Assembly (NCBI GenBank): GCA_043799405.1
Contig: JAZDNT010000003.1
Coordinates: 79,461-143,460, forward strand
Source: Candidatus Kerfeldbacteria bacterium
Lineage (GTDB): Bacteria; Patescibacteriota; Patescibacteriia; SBBC01
Direction: 5' to 3'
DNA: 64,000 bases
The notes below the pieces were generated by a model, which searched no databases, was not told the DNA's origin, and saw only the letters and a list, made by a program, of their open reading frames with translations. This document shows, piece by piece, positions 1 to 10,497 of this stretch (position 1 is its first letter; each line of letters opens with the position of its first letter). The position numbers were made by a program, and so were the translations under genes.

Positions 1-34
1 GAAAAAAGGGCGCAGTAGACAGGGCGTTCCGAGC

Positions 35-355
35 GTGGTAGAGTTGCACTGGGTAACCTCTATGAATACACAGGACATCCTCTTCATCGTCTTAGCGGTC
101 TCTGCTGCCGTTCTGACGGGATTTATCGCGTGGTTCCTCTACTACCTGATAGCGATCGTACGCGACCTCCGGCGCACCGCAACGATCGTCCATGAGAAGG
201 TGACCGAGGTCGGCGAGATCCTCGACTCAATACGCGTGAAGATCGGTGATACGGTCTCGACGCTCTCGCTCCTGACGCAGGTCGTGACAGGTATCGCTGA
301 GCGTTGGCGCCAGCGACGCTCCAAACGCACGTCAAAAGATTCCGAACAAGAGTAG
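35..355 (+). CDS. small membrane protein (one TM helix plus charged helical tail, DUF948-like)
   Basis: 106-aa ORF. Start is GTG 35 or ATG 62. One TM segment (ILFIVLAVSAAVLTGFIAWFLYYLIAIV) followed by a helical, charged C-terminus. Family assignment is tentative. Confidence 0.5.
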   Translation: MVELHWVTSMNTQDILFIVLAVSAAVLTGFIAWFLYYLIAIVRDLRRTATIVHEKVTEVGEILDSIRVKIGDTVSTLSLLTQVVTGIAERWRQRRSKRTSKDSEQE

Positions 356-415
356 CGCCGTCGATGGGCTCCGCACGAATGTGCGCGCGTCGTATCTACG
401 CGTCGGATTCATCGT

Positions 416-3400
416 ATGCGATTCATCAACCTTCATACCCACTCCCACTACAGCCTTCTCGACGGTCTCCCGAGGATCGACGCCCTCGTATCATACGCGA
501 AAGAGATCGGCCTTGAGGGGCTGGCGCTCACTGACCACGGCAACCTCTACGGCGCTGTAGAGTTCTTCCAGCACGCGAAAGCTGCCGGCCTGAAGCCAAT
601 CATCGGCATTGAGGCGTACTTTACGCGTGGGAGCCGCTTTGACAAGACCGGACGGATCGATGACCGCATCAATCATCTCATTCTCCTCGTTAAGGACGAT
701 GAGGGGTACCGGAACCTTTTAAAGATCATTACAGCGTCAAACCTTGAAGGATTCTACGGAAAGCCGAGGATCGACATGGAGCTCCTTGAGCGCCACCACC
801 GCGGACTCATCTGCCTGTCAGGGTGCATCAACGGACCGATCCCGACACTCCTCGTTAATGGTAACGATACAGAAGCGAAAAGGATGGCAAAGGCGTTCCG
901 TGACCTCTTCGGGACAGATGATTTTGCGCTTGAGCTGCAGCACCATCCGTCCATTGCGATGCAGGCGACGGTCAATGCGAAGCTCGCCGACCTCGGTAAA
1001 GAGCTCGATGTTCCGCTCGTTGCTACGAACGATAGCCACTACCTGAAGCCAGAGGACGCCGAAGCGCAGGACGTCCTCCTCTGCATTCATTTAAAAAAAC
1101 TACTGTCGGATACTGATCGCCTTACCATGAGGAATGAGGACCTGTCGCTCGTGCCTGCGCATATCATGGCAGAACGCTTTAAAAAGTACCCCGGAGCGAT
1201 AGAGCAGACGGCCGTAATCGCAGACAACATCGACTTCTCGTTCGAATTCGGAAAAACAGTTCTGCCGCACTTCGATGTCCCGAACGGCAAGAGCGGGATC
1301 GACTATATACGGGAGCTCTGCGAGAAGACCCTGACAGAAAAGTACGGTACTTCACCGTCAAAAGCTGCCATTGAACGCTTTGAGTATGAACTCGGCGTGA
1401 TCGGCAAGACCGGATTCGCCCCGTACTTCTTGATCGTCGCTGATTTCGTCAACTGGGCAAAACAAAACGGCATTGTCGTCGGTCCCGGGCGCGGTTCGGC
1501 CGCAGGATCGATCGTCTCCTACCTCCTCAACATTACGAACGTCGATCCGATCAAGTACGGGCTGCTCTTCGAGCGTTTCCTCAATCCTGATCGAATCGCA
1601 ATGCCTGACATTGACCTTGACTTCGCCGACAGCAGACGCGACGAGGTCATCCGTTACGTCCAGAGCAGGTACGGCGTTAACCACGTCGCGGGAATCATCA
1701 CGTTCGGAACGATGGCGGCGCGCGCAGCAATCAGGGATGTCGGCCGCGTCCTCGGATTCCCCTACTCCTACTGTGACCGGGTCGCAAAACTGATCCCCAT
1801 GTTCACAACGCTTTCTGACGCGATCCGAACCGTCCCGGAGCTCAAGGAAATTTACGAGAACGATCCTGATGCGCAACGGCTGCTCACTACTGCGAAGAAA
1901 CTCGAGGGCGTCGCCCGTCACGCATCACAGCACGCCTGCGGATTCGTCATTACGAAGGAACCGCTTGAGAACTCCGTTCCGGTACAGCGGGCATCCGCCG
2001 AAACCGATACGCTCATCTCCCAGTACTCGCTTCATCCCATCGAGGACCTCGGCATCCTCAAGATCGATTTCCTCGGTTTAGCGAACCTCACGATCCTCGA
2101 AACGACCCGATCGATCGTTCACGCCGTTCGGGGTATTGAGCTCGATTTTGACAAGCTACCGCTCAACGATCGCGCAACCTTCTCCCTGCTACAGCGCGGG
2201 GAAACAACCGGCGTATTCCAGCTTGAATCTTCAGGAATGCGACGATACCTGCGCGAGCTTAAACCGACCGCCCTCGAAGACATTGACGCCATGGTTGCAC
2301 TGTACCGCCCTGGCCCTATGGAGCTCATTCCGCAGTTCATCGCGGGAAAGCACGGCAAGTTTAAGCCGACTTACCTCGACCATCGCTTAAAGCCGATCCT
2401 CGAAAAGACTTATGGTGTTGCCGTGTACCAAGAACAGGTCATGCAAATGGCAAGGGATCTCGCTGGATTTACCATGGCCGAGGCTGACGTCCTCAGGAAA
2501 GCGGTCGGAAAGAAAATCGCAAAACTGCTCAAGGAACAGCGTAAAAAATTCGTCGACGGATGCATACGAAATGGTATAACGAGAACAACGGCAGAAAAGA
2601 TCTTCGAATTCATCGAGCCGTTCGCAAGGTACGGATTTAACCGCGCACACTCGATCTGCTACGCCCTCATTGCCTACCAGACGGCATACTGCAAGGCGAA
2701 CTACCCTGCAGAGTTCATGGCATCGCTCCTGACCGCCGACCAGACGAACACCGACCGTATCGCGCTCGAGGTCAATGAGTGCAAGAAAATGAAGCTCGAG
2801 GTGCTCCCACCGGACATCAATGAGAGCTTCTCGTCGTTCTCGGTCGTTCCTGGAACTTTCGGGGCGCCTCCGTCCCGAATCCGTTTCGGCCTCTCGGCAA
2901 TTAAGAACGTCGGCGACAACCTCGTCGCAGCCGTCATTTCAGAGCGCAAGCGCGCAGGGAGCTTCTTAAGCCTCGAAGACTTCTTACGGCGGGTCCAATC
3001 GAAAGACCTCAACCGGAAATCGCTTGAGAGCCTTGCGAAGGCCGGAGCTCTCGACAGGTTCGGAGAACGTAAGCAGATGCTGGAAAACATCGCGGAGCTC
3101 CTTGAGATCAGCCGCGGCGCCGAGCAGGAATCCGCGCGGAAACAGATGAACCTCTTCGGCTCGCTTCCCGTCCGTCATGCGCCGTCAATCCGCTTAAAGG
3201 ATTCCCAGTCCGCGACCAACGACGAAAAGCTCGCCTGGGAAAAACAGCTCCTCGGTTTCTTCATATCCGCGCATCCGCTCGATCCGTTCAAGGCGACGCT
3301 CGAGACGAACGGCGTACTACCATGCAGTAAACTATCTGAGCTCCGGAACAACCAGCGCATCACCATTGCCGGCGTCATCACCGCGATCCAACGGGTCACT

Positions 3401-3829
3401 ACCCGGACCGGGGAGAGTATGCTGTTCGCAACGCTCGAGGATACGAACGGAAGCGTTGAAGTACTCGTATTCCCGAGCACGCTGAAGGCGGATCCGGAAC
3501 CGTGGCAAGAGGACAAGATCGTGCTCGTACGGGGAAAGCTCAGCGATAAGGACGGCACCGTGAAGGTGATCGCTGACGAAGCCAGTGAAATGACGCGCGA
3601 TATGGCTTCGCTCCCTCGCGAAATCGTCATAACGCTGCCTAACACGGCGAATGACTCGCTCTGGCGTAGCCTCAAGGATGTCTTCCGGCGATACCCCGGC
3701 ACGACAAAGGTCGTACTCGTCGTTGACGGAGAAAAACGGCGCATTGATACGCCGTATATGGTACACTGGCGAACGGAGCTTGCTGATGCAATTAAGAACC
3801 TTCTCGGCACAAACGCCGTTCCGCGGTAA
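416..3829 (+). CDS. dnaE: DNA polymerase III alpha subunit
   Basis: 1137-aa ORF starting at ATG 416. PHP domain (MRFINLHTHSHYSLLDG), polymerase core (GPGRGSAAGSIVSY, MPDIDLDF) and an OB-fold C-terminus. Confidence 0.97.
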   Translation: MRFINLHTHSHYSLLDGLPRIDALVSYAKEIGLEGLALTDHGNLYGAVEFFQHAKAAGLKPIIGIEAYFTRGSRFDKTGRIDDRINHLILLVKDDEGYRNLLKIITASNLEGFYGKPRIDMELLERHHRGLICLSGCINGPIPTLLVNGNDTEAKRMAKAFRDLFGTDDFALELQHHPSIAMQATVNAKLADLGKELDVPLVATNDSHYLKPEDAEAQDVLLCIHLKKLLSDTDRLTMRNEDLSLVPAHIMAERFKKYPGAIEQTAVIADNIDFSFEFGKTVLPHFDVPNGKSGIDYIRELCEKTLTEKYGTSPSKAAIERFEYELGVIGKTGFAPYFLIVADFVNWAKQNGIVVGPGRGSAAGSIVSYLLNITNVDPIKYGLLFERFLNPDRIAMPDIDLDFADSRRDEVIRYVQSRYGVNHVAGIITFGTMAARAAIRDVGRVLGFPYSYCDRVAKLIPMFTTLSDAIRTVPELKEIYENDPDAQRLLTTAKKLEGVARHASQHACGFVITKEPLENSVPVQRASAETDTLISQYSLHPIEDLGILKIDFLGLANLTILETTRSIVHAVRGIELDFDKLPLNDRATFSLLQRGETTGVFQLESSGMRRYLRELKPTALEDIDAMVALYRPGPMELIPQFIAGKHGKFKPTYLDHRLKPILEKTYGVAVYQEQVMQMARDLAGFTMAEADVLRKAVGKKIAKLLKEQRKKFVDGCIRNGITRTTAEKIFEFIEPFARYGFNRAHSICYALIAYQTAYCKANYPAEFMASLLTADQTNTDRIALEVNECKKMKLEVLPPDINESFSSFSVVPGTFGAPPSRIRFGLSAIKNVGDNLVAAVISERKRAGSFLSLEDFLRRVQSKDLNRKSLESLAKAGALDRFGERKQMLENIAELLEISRGAEQESARKQMNLFGSLPVRHAPSIRLKDSQSATNDEKLAWEKQLLGFFISAHPLDPFKATLETNGVLPCSKLSELRNNQRITIAGVITAIQRVTTRTGESMLFATLEDTNGSVEVLVFPSTLKADPEPWQEDKIVLVRGKLSDKDGTVKVIADEASEMTRDMASLPREIVITLPNTANDSLWRSLKDVFRRYPGTTKVVLVVDGEKRRIDTPYMVHWRTELADAIKNLLGTNAVPR

Positions 3830-3836
3830 GCAGCGT

Positions 3837-4976
3837 ATGCCCAACATCAGAACAGCAAAACCCCACGTATCGCGCCTGTATCGCATTGGAACGTTTGCTT
3901 TCCTCGCTGTTGCGCTCGCTGCAGCGGGCGCTATCGTGTTCGTTGCTTTCACCTCGACGACGATAACGATCACGCGCGGAACGCACGAGCTCTCGAGCGC
4001 ATCGATCATCACAGCTTCTGAACATCCAAAAACGGACAGTGAGGAGCTCCCTGGCGCACTCCTTGCTGCAACCATTGACGGATCACGTACGCAGGACGTA
4101 CCCCAGACCGGTACGATGGTCGACGATTATGCGCACGGTACCGTTACGATAAAGAACTCCTGGACAAAACCGCAGCCTCTCGCGGCGAAAACGAGGCTCA
4201 GAGCGTCGTCGAACGGGATCATTTACCGGACAACATCCCGGGTCGACGTGCCAACCGGGGGATCTGTCGCGGTCGACGTGATAGCAGACACTGCCGGAGA
4301 AAAGGGAAACATCGGCGCTGACCGCTTTGAGATCGTCGCGCTCTGGCCAGGATTAAAAGATACGATATACGGAACCAGTACAGAACCGATGACCGGAGGG
4401 GTGCGTGCGTCGAGCCAGCTTTCCCAGGCAACGATCGACGAGGCAAAACGCGCGCTCGAGGAAGAACTGCTCAACAGATCATCAGAAACGCAGCTCGCTG
4501 GTCCGGGAACGCATACGTTCCTTCCGAAACCATTTCTCCTGACATCAAATATCACAACGGCAGCGAAAGCGGGCGATACGGTGCCCTCAGTCACGGTCAA
4601 AGGATCGATCCGGGTCATATTCATCGGCATCGACAGCGTTGCCCTACAGAAAAAAACCGCCGCGCTCGTTGCATCAATGCTTTCCGACGATGAGCGAAGC
4701 CGCGATGCTGAACCGGAGCTCTCGTACAGGCTTCTCGATGTCAGCGAAAAAAATGGAACTGCCCAGATCGAGGTTACGTGTACCGTCACCGCAGAGCTCA
4801 GCACAGCAAGCGAACGATTCTCCCCGTCGCGATTCACGCGCAAGACGTCCGATGAGATCAGGAACGTCCTGCTCGGCACGAACGGCGTCACGGACGTCGA
4901 CGTCCTGATCTCCCCCTTCTGGTCAATGCGTTCAGCGTCGGCACCTTCACGCATCAAGATCGTTTTCGCGAAGTAA
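3837..4976 (+). CDS. membrane-anchored hypothetical protein (weak baseplate-J/gp47-like resemblance)
   Basis: 379 aa from ATG 3837, 7 nt after the dnaE stop. The longer ORF from 3651 overlaps dnaE. TM anchor IGTFAFLAVALAAAGAIVFVAF. The segment VPTGGSVAVDVIADTAGEKGNIGADRF loosely recalls baseplate-J-like proteins. Confidence 0.6.
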   Translation: MPNIRTAKPHVSRLYRIGTFAFLAVALAAAGAIVFVAFTSTTITITRGTHELSSASIITASEHPKTDSEELPGALLAATIDGSRTQDVPQTGTMVDDYAHGTVTIKNSWTKPQPLAAKTRLRASSNGIIYRTTSRVDVPTGGSVAVDVIADTAGEKGNIGADRFEIVALWPGLKDTIYGTSTEPMTGGVRASSQLSQATIDEAKRALEEELLNRSSETQLAGPGTHTFLPKPFLLTSNITTAAKAGDTVPSVTVKGSIRVIFIGIDSVALQKKTAALVASMLSDDERSRDAEPELSYRLLDVSEKNGTAQIEVTCTVTAELSTASERFSPSRFTRKTSDEIRNVLLGTNGVTDVDVLISPFWSMRSASAPSRIKIVFAK

Positions 4977-5038
4977 AACTCATGGTCAAACGCGCGTAAC
5001 TGCGCTACACTACTATCACAATCATCTACTACGACGAT

Positions 5039-6793
5039 ATGCAGCAGGATCCGAAAGCACGGGAACGCCTCGACCACATACGCCACACGCTCTCCCACCT
5101 CCTCGCAACGGCGGTGCTTGAGAAGTACCCCGACGCCCACATTGCCATCGGTCCGACGATCGAGCACGGTTTCTACTACGATATCGACGCACCCAACCCG
5201 ATTAAGCCCGACGACCTCCCGAAGCTTGAGAACCGGATGCGCGAGCTCATTGCGGCGAAGCTCCGCGTCGAGAAGGTCAGGATCGGGAAGTTCGAAGACG
5301 CTGGACCGGCAATGGCGAACAACCGCTACAAGGAAGAGCTCTACAGAGAACTGAAACAGCAGAAGCAACCGGCGACCTTCTACAAGATCGGGTCGTTCGT
5401 CGATCTCTGCCGCGGCGGCCACGTTGAGAACACCGGCGATATCAATCCGACCGGCTTCAAGCTCACGAAGGTCGCAGGCGCATACTGGCGGGGCGACTCG
5501 ACAAAGGCCATGCTCCAACGCGTCTACGGCGTCGCCTTCGACACCAAGGAAGAGCTTGACCGCTACCTTGCGCTCATCGCGGAAGCCGAGAAACGCGACC
5601 ACCGCACGATCGGGCATGACCTCGAGCTCTTCGCGTTCGATGCGGTAGCGCCCGGAGCACCCTTCTGGCTGCCGAACGGCATGACGCTCATCCGAGAGCT
5701 CGAACGGTACTGGAGGGAGATCCACGACGCAGCCGGCTACCTTGAGACCTCGACGCCGATCCTCAGCAACGCATCGCTCTACAAGACCTCGGGGCACTGG
5801 GAACACTTCCGCGAGAACATGTTCACGCTCGTTGTCGATGATCAGGATTTCGCGCTGAAGCCGATGAACTGCCCGTCATCGACGATTATCTACACCCACG
5901 ATCTTCGGAGCTACCGCGACCTGCCGCTGCGCTACTCGGAGATCGGTCGGCTGCACCGTAACGAGGTCCGCGGGACATTAGGCGGGCTGCTGCGCGTCCG
6001 GCAGATCACCATGGACGACGCGCACATTTTCTGCAGGCCCGACCAGATCGAACAGGAGATACGCGGCGTGCTCAGGCTCGTCGTGCAGTTCTACTCCCTC
6101 TTCGACCTTACACCGACCTTCAAGCTCTCGACCATGCCTGACCAGCACCTCGGCGAGGAAAAGACCTGGAAGCAGGCGGAGCAGACGCTCGAGCACGTCT
6201 TAAAGTCCGAGAAGCTTTCCTACGAGCTGAACCCGAAGGAGGGCGCGTTCTACGGACCGAAGATCGACATCGAGGTCAATGACGCGCTGCAGCGAACCTG
6301 GCAGGTCGCAACGATACAGCTCGACTACCAGATGCCGGAACGCTTCAAACTGTCATACATGGATAAGGACGGCCACCAGCAGCGACCGGTCATGATCCAC
6401 CGCGCGATATTCGGGTCTTACGAACGCTTCATCGGTATACTTCTCGAACATCTCGCAGGACGCTTACCGACCTGGCTCGCGCCCGTGCAGGTACAGCTCA
6501 TCCCGGTCGGGAGTGACCACGTAAAACCGTGCGATTTGCTCTCTGAAAAACTACGGAGCAAAGGGATCCGTGTTTCAGTAGATAGCGCGAACGAGACCGT
6601 AGGATACAAGATCCGGAAAGCGGAAAAAATGCGAATCCCCTACATGCTCGTGATCGGCGACAGAGAGGCAAAATCGACAAAGCTGCAGGTCAGGATACGG
6701 GGAAAGAAAGACGTCGTCGCTGTTGTGTCCTCGCGGTTTGGATCACGCATCAAGCGGGAAATCACGCAGAGGGCATTAACGCCGAAACCCTAG
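5039..6793 (+). CDS. thrS: threonine--tRNA ligase (no N-terminal TGS domain)
   Basis: 584 aa. Editing-domain start (HIRHTLSHLLATAV), EKRDHRTIGHDLELF, a class II catalytic core and an anticodon-binding C-terminus. Confidence 0.95.
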   Translation: MQQDPKARERLDHIRHTLSHLLATAVLEKYPDAHIAIGPTIEHGFYYDIDAPNPIKPDDLPKLENRMRELIAAKLRVEKVRIGKFEDAGPAMANNRYKEELYRELKQQKQPATFYKIGSFVDLCRGGHVENTGDINPTGFKLTKVAGAYWRGDSTKAMLQRVYGVAFDTKEELDRYLALIAEAEKRDHRTIGHDLELFAFDAVAPGAPFWLPNGMTLIRELERYWREIHDAAGYLETSTPILSNASLYKTSGHWEHFRENMFTLVVDDQDFALKPMNCPSSTIIYTHDLRSYRDLPLRYSEIGRLHRNEVRGTLGGLLRVRQITMDDAHIFCRPDQIEQEIRGVLRLVVQFYSLFDLTPTFKLSTMPDQHLGEEKTWKQAEQTLEHVLKSEKLSYELNPKEGAFYGPKIDIEVNDALQRTWQVATIQLDYQMPERFKLSYMDKDGHQQRPVMIHRAIFGSYERFIGILLEHLAGRLPTWLAPVQVQLIPVGSDHVKPCDLLSEKLRSKGIRVSVDSANETVGYKIRKAEKMRIPYMLVIGDREAKSTKLQVRIRGKKDVVAVVSSRFGSRIKREITQRALTPKP

Positions 6794-6822
6794 CCCGAGA
6801 GCAGTCCTCGATATACAAGAAA

Positions 6823-6851
6823 GCCCGCCTTACGGCGGGTCTCTCTTTTTT
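6823..6851. terminator. bidirectional intrinsic terminator between thrS and the DUF378 gene
   Basis: GC-rich stem gcccgcc/ggcgggt with loop ttac, followed by ctctctttttt. The complement is also followed by a T-rich run. Confidence 0.65.
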
Positions 6852-6860
6852 GTATTGGGA

Positions 6861-7109
6861 TTATACGGTCGGCTGTGTTGGCTGTACCGGTTTCTCGCCC
6901 CCTGATTTCATAAAAACCTTCAGGAGCATGTAGAGCGCTGACAACGCAACGAGCCCGTACACGATCTGAGAACCAAGGCTCACCTCGCCGAACTCAAGAC
7001 CGAACACTGCGGCGACGAGATCAAATTTGAAAATGACGAGTCCCCAGTTAAGCCCGCCAATAACTACTAGAATCATCGCAAGCCAATCAATCGCATTCAT
7101 TTTTTGCAT
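6861..7109 (-). CDS. DUF378 family membrane protein
   Basis: 82 aa. Carries the hallmark IGGLNWGLV ... FDLVAAVFG ... IVYGLVALSALY. Confidence 0.8.
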   Translation of the reverse strand: MQKMNAIDWLAMILVVIGGLNWGLVIFKFDLVAAVFGLEFGEVSLGSQIVYGLVALSALYMLLKVFMKSGGEKPVQPTQPTV

Positions 7110-7223
7110 AGTATCACCCCCTTATGTTGTTAAGTGTACCATTAAAAAAACGAATACTCAACAGTAAATAATTGGCTAATATTAGCGATAATAATGCCAA
7201 TAAACTAAAAAGTAATCTTCGGA

Positions 7224-7685
7224 CTAACTCGTCCCCATGTACTTCTCGATCCGCTCGGCGAGCTCGCGGGGTTTTAAGAGCGCTTTGACGATGTACTCTT
7301 CTGCTCCGAGGTCGTGAGCCCGCTGACGGTGCTCGTCCGCATCGAGATTCGAAAGGATGATCACGTGGATCGCCCTCGTCTTCGGGTTCGCTTTGACGCG
7401 CCGGAGCACATCAAAACCGATCGGTTCATGAAAATCTGACAGGGCGCTTCCGGTCGTCGGGATCATGAGATCGAGGAGGATCAGCCGCGGGATGACACGG
7501 TTGATAACGGTCATTGCCTCATGTTCCTCGGATGCGGTGAGGACGTTCGCTTCCGTAAGCTTCCGGAGAACCGATGCGTAGAGCGATACGAGCAGCGGCT
7601 CGTCTTCGATCAACAGGATCGTCTGTGCGCCTCTCTTTAGTGACTTTGAGGCTTTCTTTCGGGAGGTTTTTTTAACAGAGCTCAT
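7224..7685 (-). CDS. stand-alone response regulator receiver (REC-only)
   Basis: 153 aa from ATG 7685; the ORF opens at 7781. REC motifs ILLIEDEPLL and LILLDLMIP; no output domain. The ATG overlaps the kinase stop (ATGA at 7682-7685). Confidence 0.85.
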   Translation of the reverse strand: MSSVKKTSRKKASKSLKRGAQTILLIEDEPLLVSLYASVLRKLTEANVLTASEEHEAMTVINRVIPRLILLDLMIPTTGSALSDFHEPIGFDVLRRVKANPKTRAIHVIILSNLDADEHRQRAHDLGAEEYIVKALLKPRELAERIEKYMGTS

Positions 7686-10489
7686 GGTTTCCTGGTTTTC
7701 GTCACTGTTTGTGTATCGTTCCTGACCGGAAGCCAGAACGAGAAGGTGCTCCCCTTTCTTTCGCCTGCGCTCTCGACCCATATGTGACCGCCGTGCCCCT
7801 CGACGATCGACTTCGCGATAAAGAGTCCGAGTCCCGATCCGTCCGGATGGAGCTGCGCAATGCCCTGTGCGCGGACGAACTTGCTGAACAGTTCGCGGAT
7901 GTCGCCCTTCTTTATGCCGATGCCGGTGTCCTTTACGCTCACGGTAACGCCTCCATCGTCTTCCTCGGCGGTTACAGTGACCGAACCTTTTGCCGTATAC
8001 TTGATCGCATTGTCGATAAGGTTCAGGAGCACGTCCTGCATCTTGTCGTCATCAATGAACAGTTCTGGTAGCGCTTTCTTCGGTTGTATGAACGCGAGCT
8101 TCAGCTTTTTATCCTCGGCAGCTTTGCGGAGCTCGCGCACTTCGCGTTCGATGAGGTCCTCTATGTGCACCGAGCGCTTCATGATCGCGAACTTCCCCGC
8201 TTCGATCTTGCTCACGTTCAGGAATAGGTTGATGAGACGTATCATCCGCTGCGATTCGTCGAGCAGAGAACGCAGGATATCGAGGTGTTTCGGCTCGATC
8301 TTCCCGAAGTCTCCCTCGACGAGCATCGAGAGGTACCCCATGATGCCGGTCATCGGCGTCCGGAGCTGATGCGAGGCGATGGAAACGAACTCTGATTTCG
8401 CCTGATCGAGGACCTGGAGGTGCTTGTTCGCCTCCTCGAGCTTCTGGTTCGTCTGCTGGATCTGGCTGAAGAGCTTGAGGTTGCGGCTGACAATGCCGAG
8501 CTGGTCCGCCATCGACTTGATCGTCTCGATCTCGTGCTCGCTGATCTCCTCCTGCTTGCGGCGCGCGGCGACCTCGATCGCGCCGATCGCCCTCCCCTCG
8601 GACATGATAGGCACGACGATGAACGTCTTTACCCTCATGAGTTTTTGCATACCGTCGGCGAGCATTTTCGGAACCGGGGGCGATATGACCTCGGCGAAAC
8701 TTTCTGAAAAACGTATCTGACCATTACGGACGACCTCGTGTGCAAGATTTTTATTCACCGTATCGTCGATCCGTGTGACGAACGAGGAAAACGGTTTCGG
8801 CAGCATCTTCATCACCTTTGCCGTGAGCGGCGTGTTTGTGATAGCACGCGCACGGAGCGTTATGCCATCGTCGTCGAGGAAAACGAGGATCGCACCGACG
8901 AACCCGAGCTCCATCGCGACCGAGTCAGCGATGTGCTGGCTCACCTTGTTGAAATCGAGCGTCTGCGTCATGTCCGTCGTGATCTTCTGCAGCGTTACGA
9001 GCGAGACGTTGCGTTCCCGCAGCTCTTCGGTCGCCTCCTGCACTTTGATCTTAAGGTTTTCCCCGAACTTCCTAACCTGCTCGAAGAGCTTTGCTTTCTG
9101 GATAGCGGATCCGAGCTGCGGAGAGAGCACCTCGATGAGCTGCAGGTCCTCGTCAGAAAACGAATCCCCGGAGAGTTTCGGACCTAAAGCAATGATGGCG
9201 TTCAGCTTATCCTGCGCGAATACCGGAGCAACAAGCGCTGCGCCGAGCCGTTCGATTTCCGTTTTTGAATCTTCGAGGGGTTTTCGCTTTTCTTCAGGAG
9301 TATCCTCGATCTTCCGTTCAAGAGATTCGATAAGAGAGGCGTGTTTCTTTTTCCGTAAGTATTGAACGAGCGGACTGTCACTAGTGAGTGTAAATGGCTT
9401 AGCGTCGCTTCCGCCTTTTGAAAAATCTGCAATAAACTTATCTTCACCAGTAAACGCCTCCAAAAGGAGAATTGAACTCGACTTGAGCTTCAGTTCCTGC
9501 GAAAGCGTCATCTGAAGGCGCTCAGTAAGGACATTTAGGTCAAGCTCGGTATTCACGATCTCAGAGAGTTTTCTGAGCGTTTCCTGATAGTTGATCTTCG
9601 CTTTGAAAAAGACCCTGTCTGTAGCAAGGGAGAGAACGCGCTTTAACGGATCAAGTCCGAAAACAATGAGAGCTGCAACGATCACTGAAATAATGGCGCG
9701 ACCACCACTAGTATCACCAAACAGTTGCCCCGAAAAGAACGTTATAAAAACGAAGGAAAGCGTTACAAGAGCGAGAAGGATACCATAAACTAGGGAACGA
9801 GTGATGATAAGACGAATGTCAAGGAGGCGATGACGTACTATGGCATAAGTAGTGCTTCCTATTAATATAAGAACGGAAGGAGGACCCCAAATCCCACCTT
9901 CTGAATAATTTAGGATGACAAAGATAATATTAGTAACGACGGTGAATAATGCTGTCAGAAGAACGCCCCAAAAAACGTACCTTATCTGAAGTTTTCTCAA
10001 TCCATCCGACTTTCGGTATGTCTTTTTAAGATTATTTAGCCCCATTGATAAATACACGACCAGAAAAAACAATAGGAAATAATATAAGGGTCCTGGTGTT
10101 ACGTCGGCTCCGTAGTTCTGAACAGTTAACTTCGCGACGTTATAGGTAGTCGGGGCAAAAACTAAAAAAAGAAGTGGCAAAATATACATTATTGATTCTT
10201 TCCATGAGAATTCTGTTTTTTCTTTATCTGGAAAAACAGTGGAAAAATATAGGAACAACGACGGAACTAAAAATGGACCTACAATGGCCATCTTGCTCCA
10301 AAAAAGTACAACACTATAACTATGTATATGATCGGCAACGAGAAGACAGATAATCCAAAATGCAAGGGAGAAAATAAGCAGTGCAAATGAAATATTGACA
10401 GCTTTTTTCCTTTTGTTCCATAAAATGAGCAACCCTAATATTACTGTTACAATTAGACTTGGAACATACGTAAAATAGGTATTAACCAT
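7682..10489 (-). CDS. sensor histidine kinase with N-terminal multi-TM (HisKA_7TM-like) sensor and GAF-like regions
   Basis: 935 aa. About 7 N-terminal TM helices, an H-box (FVSIASHQLRTPMTGIMGY) and HATPase_c motifs (NLIDNAIKYT, DTGIGI, GSGLGL). Confidence 0.9.
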   Translation of the reverse strand: MVNTYFTYVPSLIVTVILGLLILWNKRKKAVNISFALLIFSLAFWIICLLVADHIHSYSVVLFWSKMAIVGPFLVPSLFLYFSTVFPDKEKTEFSWKESIMYILPLLFLVFAPTTYNVAKLTVQNYGADVTPGPLYYFLLFFLVVYLSMGLNNLKKTYRKSDGLRKLQIRYVFWGVLLTALFTVVTNIIFVILNYSEGGIWGPPSVLILIGSTTYAIVRHRLLDIRLIITRSLVYGILLALVTLSFVFITFFSGQLFGDTSGGRAIISVIVAALIVFGLDPLKRVLSLATDRVFFKAKINYQETLRKLSEIVNTELDLNVLTERLQMTLSQELKLKSSSILLLEAFTGEDKFIADFSKGGSDAKPFTLTSDSPLVQYLRKKKHASLIESLERKIEDTPEEKRKPLEDSKTEIERLGAALVAPVFAQDKLNAIIALGPKLSGDSFSDEDLQLIEVLSPQLGSAIQKAKLFEQVRKFGENLKIKVQEATEELRERNVSLVTLQKITTDMTQTLDFNKVSQHIADSVAMELGFVGAILVFLDDDGITLRARAITNTPLTAKVMKMLPKPFSSFVTRIDDTVNKNLAHEVVRNGQIRFSESFAEVISPPVPKMLADGMQKLMRVKTFIVVPIMSEGRAIGAIEVAARRKQEEISEHEIETIKSMADQLGIVSRNLKLFSQIQQTNQKLEEANKHLQVLDQAKSEFVSIASHQLRTPMTGIMGYLSMLVEGDFGKIEPKHLDILRSLLDESQRMIRLINLFLNVSKIEAGKFAIMKRSVHIEDLIEREVRELRKAAEDKKLKLAFIQPKKALPELFIDDDKMQDVLLNLIDNAIKYTAKGSVTVTAEEDDGGVTVSVKDTGIGIKKGDIRELFSKFVRAQGIAQLHPDGSGLGLFIAKSIVEGHGGHIWVESAGERKGSTFSFWLPVRNDTQTVTKTRKP

Positions 10490-10497
10490 AAGCGTAG

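Noticed and set aside
3175-4075. Minus-strand ORFs of 211 and 247 aa.
   Set aside because: They are antisense to the dnaE 3' end and the start of the next gene. They have no motifs and are S/R-rich.
4223-5806. 527-aa minus-strand ORF.
   Set aside because: It is antisense to the 3837-4976 gene and to thrS. Its composition is low-complexity and R/V/E-rich, and the sense frames carry clear family motifs.
7175-7186. Perfect 12-bp palindrome GCTAATATTAGC upstream of the DUF378 gene. It shares CTAATAT/ATATTAG with the candidate MarR operator.
   Set aside because: It is an AT-only core in an AT-rich gap. Such palindromes arise easily by chance, and nothing else supports a regulator link.
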